Source: Tricharina praecox (taxonomy: Eukaryota). From it: a stretch of DNA of 64,000 bases. The notes below the pieces were generated by a model. It was given only the letters and a program-made list of their open reading frames with translations, was not told the origin of the DNA and did not search any database. The position numbers and the translations under genes were made by a program. Positions 62,059-64,000 of the stretch are shown in pieces; the first letter of the stretch is position 1; each line of letters starts with the position of its first letter. The stretch lies in the NCBI RefSeq assembly GCF_024521635.1, contig NW_026250416.1, forward strand, positions 434,001 through 498,000, written 5' to 3'.

Positions 62059-63588
62059 TCAAAAGCCAATCTTTCTTCCTAGCCGCACCATGCCGATCCG
62101 AACCCAGACGATGAAGCCCAGCCATCTCTTCTTCAGCCCCACACGCTTCCGATCACCGCCGCTGTGGGGGTGGTCGTTGGCCGGCTCGGGAATCGAGATA
62201 CCCCACTTCTTGCCAGTGGCGTTCTCGCCACGAATGCTCATGGATTGAGCTTTCGTGGTGAGTTGCGGAGAGCCCCGACCAGTGTAAACCTCGTCATCGT
62301 CGAGGAGATTGACGCGGTCCTTTTCCCGGTAACCGGGCTCCTCGACCTCGTCATCCCAGATAGTCCCGTTCGTTTGCGCGCTGGAACCGGAATTTCCGCG
62401 AATGCGATACGAGCTCGAGGAATTCCTCCGATCGCCATCCTTGGCCTCGGACCTTCTGCGCTTCTTCTCCCTCTTCTCCTCCTTCTTCTCCTCCTTCGCT
62501 TCCCATGCGATCCTGGCGGCCGTAACCGAGGCCGCGAACGTTGGCGACGCCTCGCGGCGCTTGTTCTCCTTCGAAGACACAAACTGGCGTCCTCGCGGCT
62601 TCTTGGTGCACACGGTGTCGAGCGAGTCGGCGGGAGACGCCGGGGTAGTCGGAGACAAAGTGGTTTGCGAACAAGGCGTTTGCTCGGGAAGGTCGTCAAG
62701 GCTGGGGGTGGTGGTTAATCGCGGAGTCGAACGGCCATCGTAGTGCGTGTCGATCGTCGTGACACCACGTGCAGCTGCGGACGCGGCACTTCGGCTGGAG
62801 CCGGACAGTACTATGCGCCTGGTCGTCCACTCATCTTCAGACTCGGAGCTGGACTCATTGCTGGTTCCGTCGCGCGACAAGTCGGGTGTGTAAGCTCCTC
62901 GGCGGGGAACCTGTCGCTTGGGGTGGGCGAAAGGCTGAGTCGGGTTGGCGCCCGCGACTAGCGGAGAGCTCGCACTCGTCGTCGAAAGAGTCGAGATTGT
63001 GCGTGTGTGCCGTTTACGAGGATGCTTGGGGAACGCGGTTTCCAACAGATCCTCGTCGATACCACTGGACTCGTAGCCCGGCGAATCGTAGATTCCAAGC
63101 CCAACACCTCCCGGCAATCCTCCATCCGATCGCGACAGATCCAACGAGTTGTTCCTGCTGACCGACACCTTCTTGAGCAAAGGCTTGATCTTGTTTTTCG
63201 ACTTGATGGGAGCTGCTTTGAACATGTCGACTGGCGGCGGCGACCCCGGTCCAGAGAAGAACCCCTCGTCAAACATCTCGTCTGGGATCTCCTCGGGTGT
63301 CTTGTGGCCCGAGCGCGCCCGCTTGTGCAAACGACCCGTAACGTACTGTGCAGCTGCCAAACCAGCGTTCACTCGAGGAGACGCCGACGCTACTGTGGAA
63401 ACGGAGGAAGCTCCGTTAGGCCAGTACGAGGTGTGTTGAGTCGAAGCGGACGAAGAGGTGTAATAACCGCCCGTCGAAGCCGACGAGCGAGGAGTAGCGT
63501 TGACTGTAGGCGAGGTCACTGAAGTCGGAGTTATGGCGTTCGGATGCCGTGGGGGGTGGTAGTTGTGTATCGGTATCGCAGAAGTCAT
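62059..63588 (-). CDS. Uncharacterised Ser/Thr-rich 509-aa protein with short conserved-looking motifs and a C-terminal amphipathic helix
   Basis: Intronless ATG-TGA ORF containing KIKPLLKK, SLDLSRS, GLGIY, PFAHPKRQVPR..YTP, ARIAWEAKEEKKEEK and terminal KKRWLGFIVWVRIGMVRLGRK. This motif order resembles uncharacterised Pezizomycotina proteins as I recall them. Confidence 0.7.
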   Translation of the reverse strand: MTSAIPIHNYHPPRHPNAITPTSVTSPTVNATPRSSASTGGYYTSSSASTQHTSYWPNGASSVSTVASASPRVNAGLAAAQYVTGRLHKRARSGHKTPEEIPDEMFDEGFFSGPGSPPPVDMFKAAPIKSKNKIKPLLKKVSVSRNNSLDLSRSDGGLPGGVGLGIYDSPGYESSGIDEDLLETAFPKHPRKRHTRTISTLSTTSASSPLVAGANPTQPFAHPKRQVPRRGAYTPDLSRDGTSNESSSESEDEWTTRRIVLSGSSRSAASAAARGVTTIDTHYDGRSTPRLTTTPSLDDLPEQTPCSQTTLSPTTPASPADSLDTVCTKKPRGRQFVSSKENKRREASPTFAASVTAARIAWEAKEEKKEEKREKKRRRSEAKDGDRRNSSSSYRIRGNSGSSAQTNGTIWDDEVEEPGYREKDRVNLLDDDEVYTGRGSPQLTTKAQSMSIRGENATGKKWGISIPEPANDHPHSGGDRKRVGLKKRWLGFIVWVRIGMVRLGRKIGF

Positions 63589-64000
63589 TGTAGGGGGGAG
63601 GGGTTGTGATTTTTGGTTGTGCGGGGGGGTGATGATGGTGGCGGCGGGGTGTGGATGCGAAGTACGCTTTGTCTAGCTGGTGGTCTACGCGGCGAAAGGT
63701 GGGGTTGGTGGAAGTAGAGTTGACGCGAGGGGGTAAGTTAACAAAGGTTGAGAAGAGGGGTGGTGGTGGAAGGTTTTGATCCCGTGGGTGGTAATGTTGA
63801 GGCGGAGTAAGGTAGGGATTCCGTTGATGATGTGAATGATGATGAAGTGGAAGGCGTTCGACCAGACAGCCAAGGCGATATGGTGACGACGAATAGGCGG
63901 AATATTCTCAACCTTGGATCGTCCGTTGTTTTTTTATTTGCCGGGAAGCACCCTAAGAGAGAAGTACCTGCTTTTGCGTCGTCGATCCCCGCACTTTGAG

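Overview
Eukaryotic, intron-containing DNA from a filamentous ascomycete. Evidence: short GT-AG introns with CTRAC/CTAAC branch points and fungal gene families; a narrower taxon is not determinable from the window. About ten recognisable genes sit among long, microsatellite-rich intergenic tracts. In order: the 3' end of a CSN12/PCID2-like PCI gene; a multi-exon fungal NLR (SesB-like alpha/beta-hydrolase + NB-ARC + TPR array); an ECM3/PILS-type transporter; CTNNBL1; SDS22; a Cys-repeat GPI-anchored surface protein; an EFM2/Rrg1-like methyltransferase; DLD1 divergent from an HSL-type esterase; a DUF4139/DUF4140 gene; and a conserved-looking low-complexity protein, plus three weakly supported orphan ORFs. 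Mobile/repeat DNA includes a 275-bp hAT-type MITE with 25-bp TIRs and a perfect 8-bp TSD, two ~0.5-kb diverged direct repeats bracketing a LINE-like 3' tail, and an ~80-bp minisatellite. The most interesting observation is that the NLR's N-terminal hydrolase appears catalytically dead (H-G-L-G-G replaces H-S-L-G-G) while the NB-ARC motifs and TPR array are intact. All family assignments come from motif recognition by eye; no database searches were run, and exon boundaries are manual predictions.
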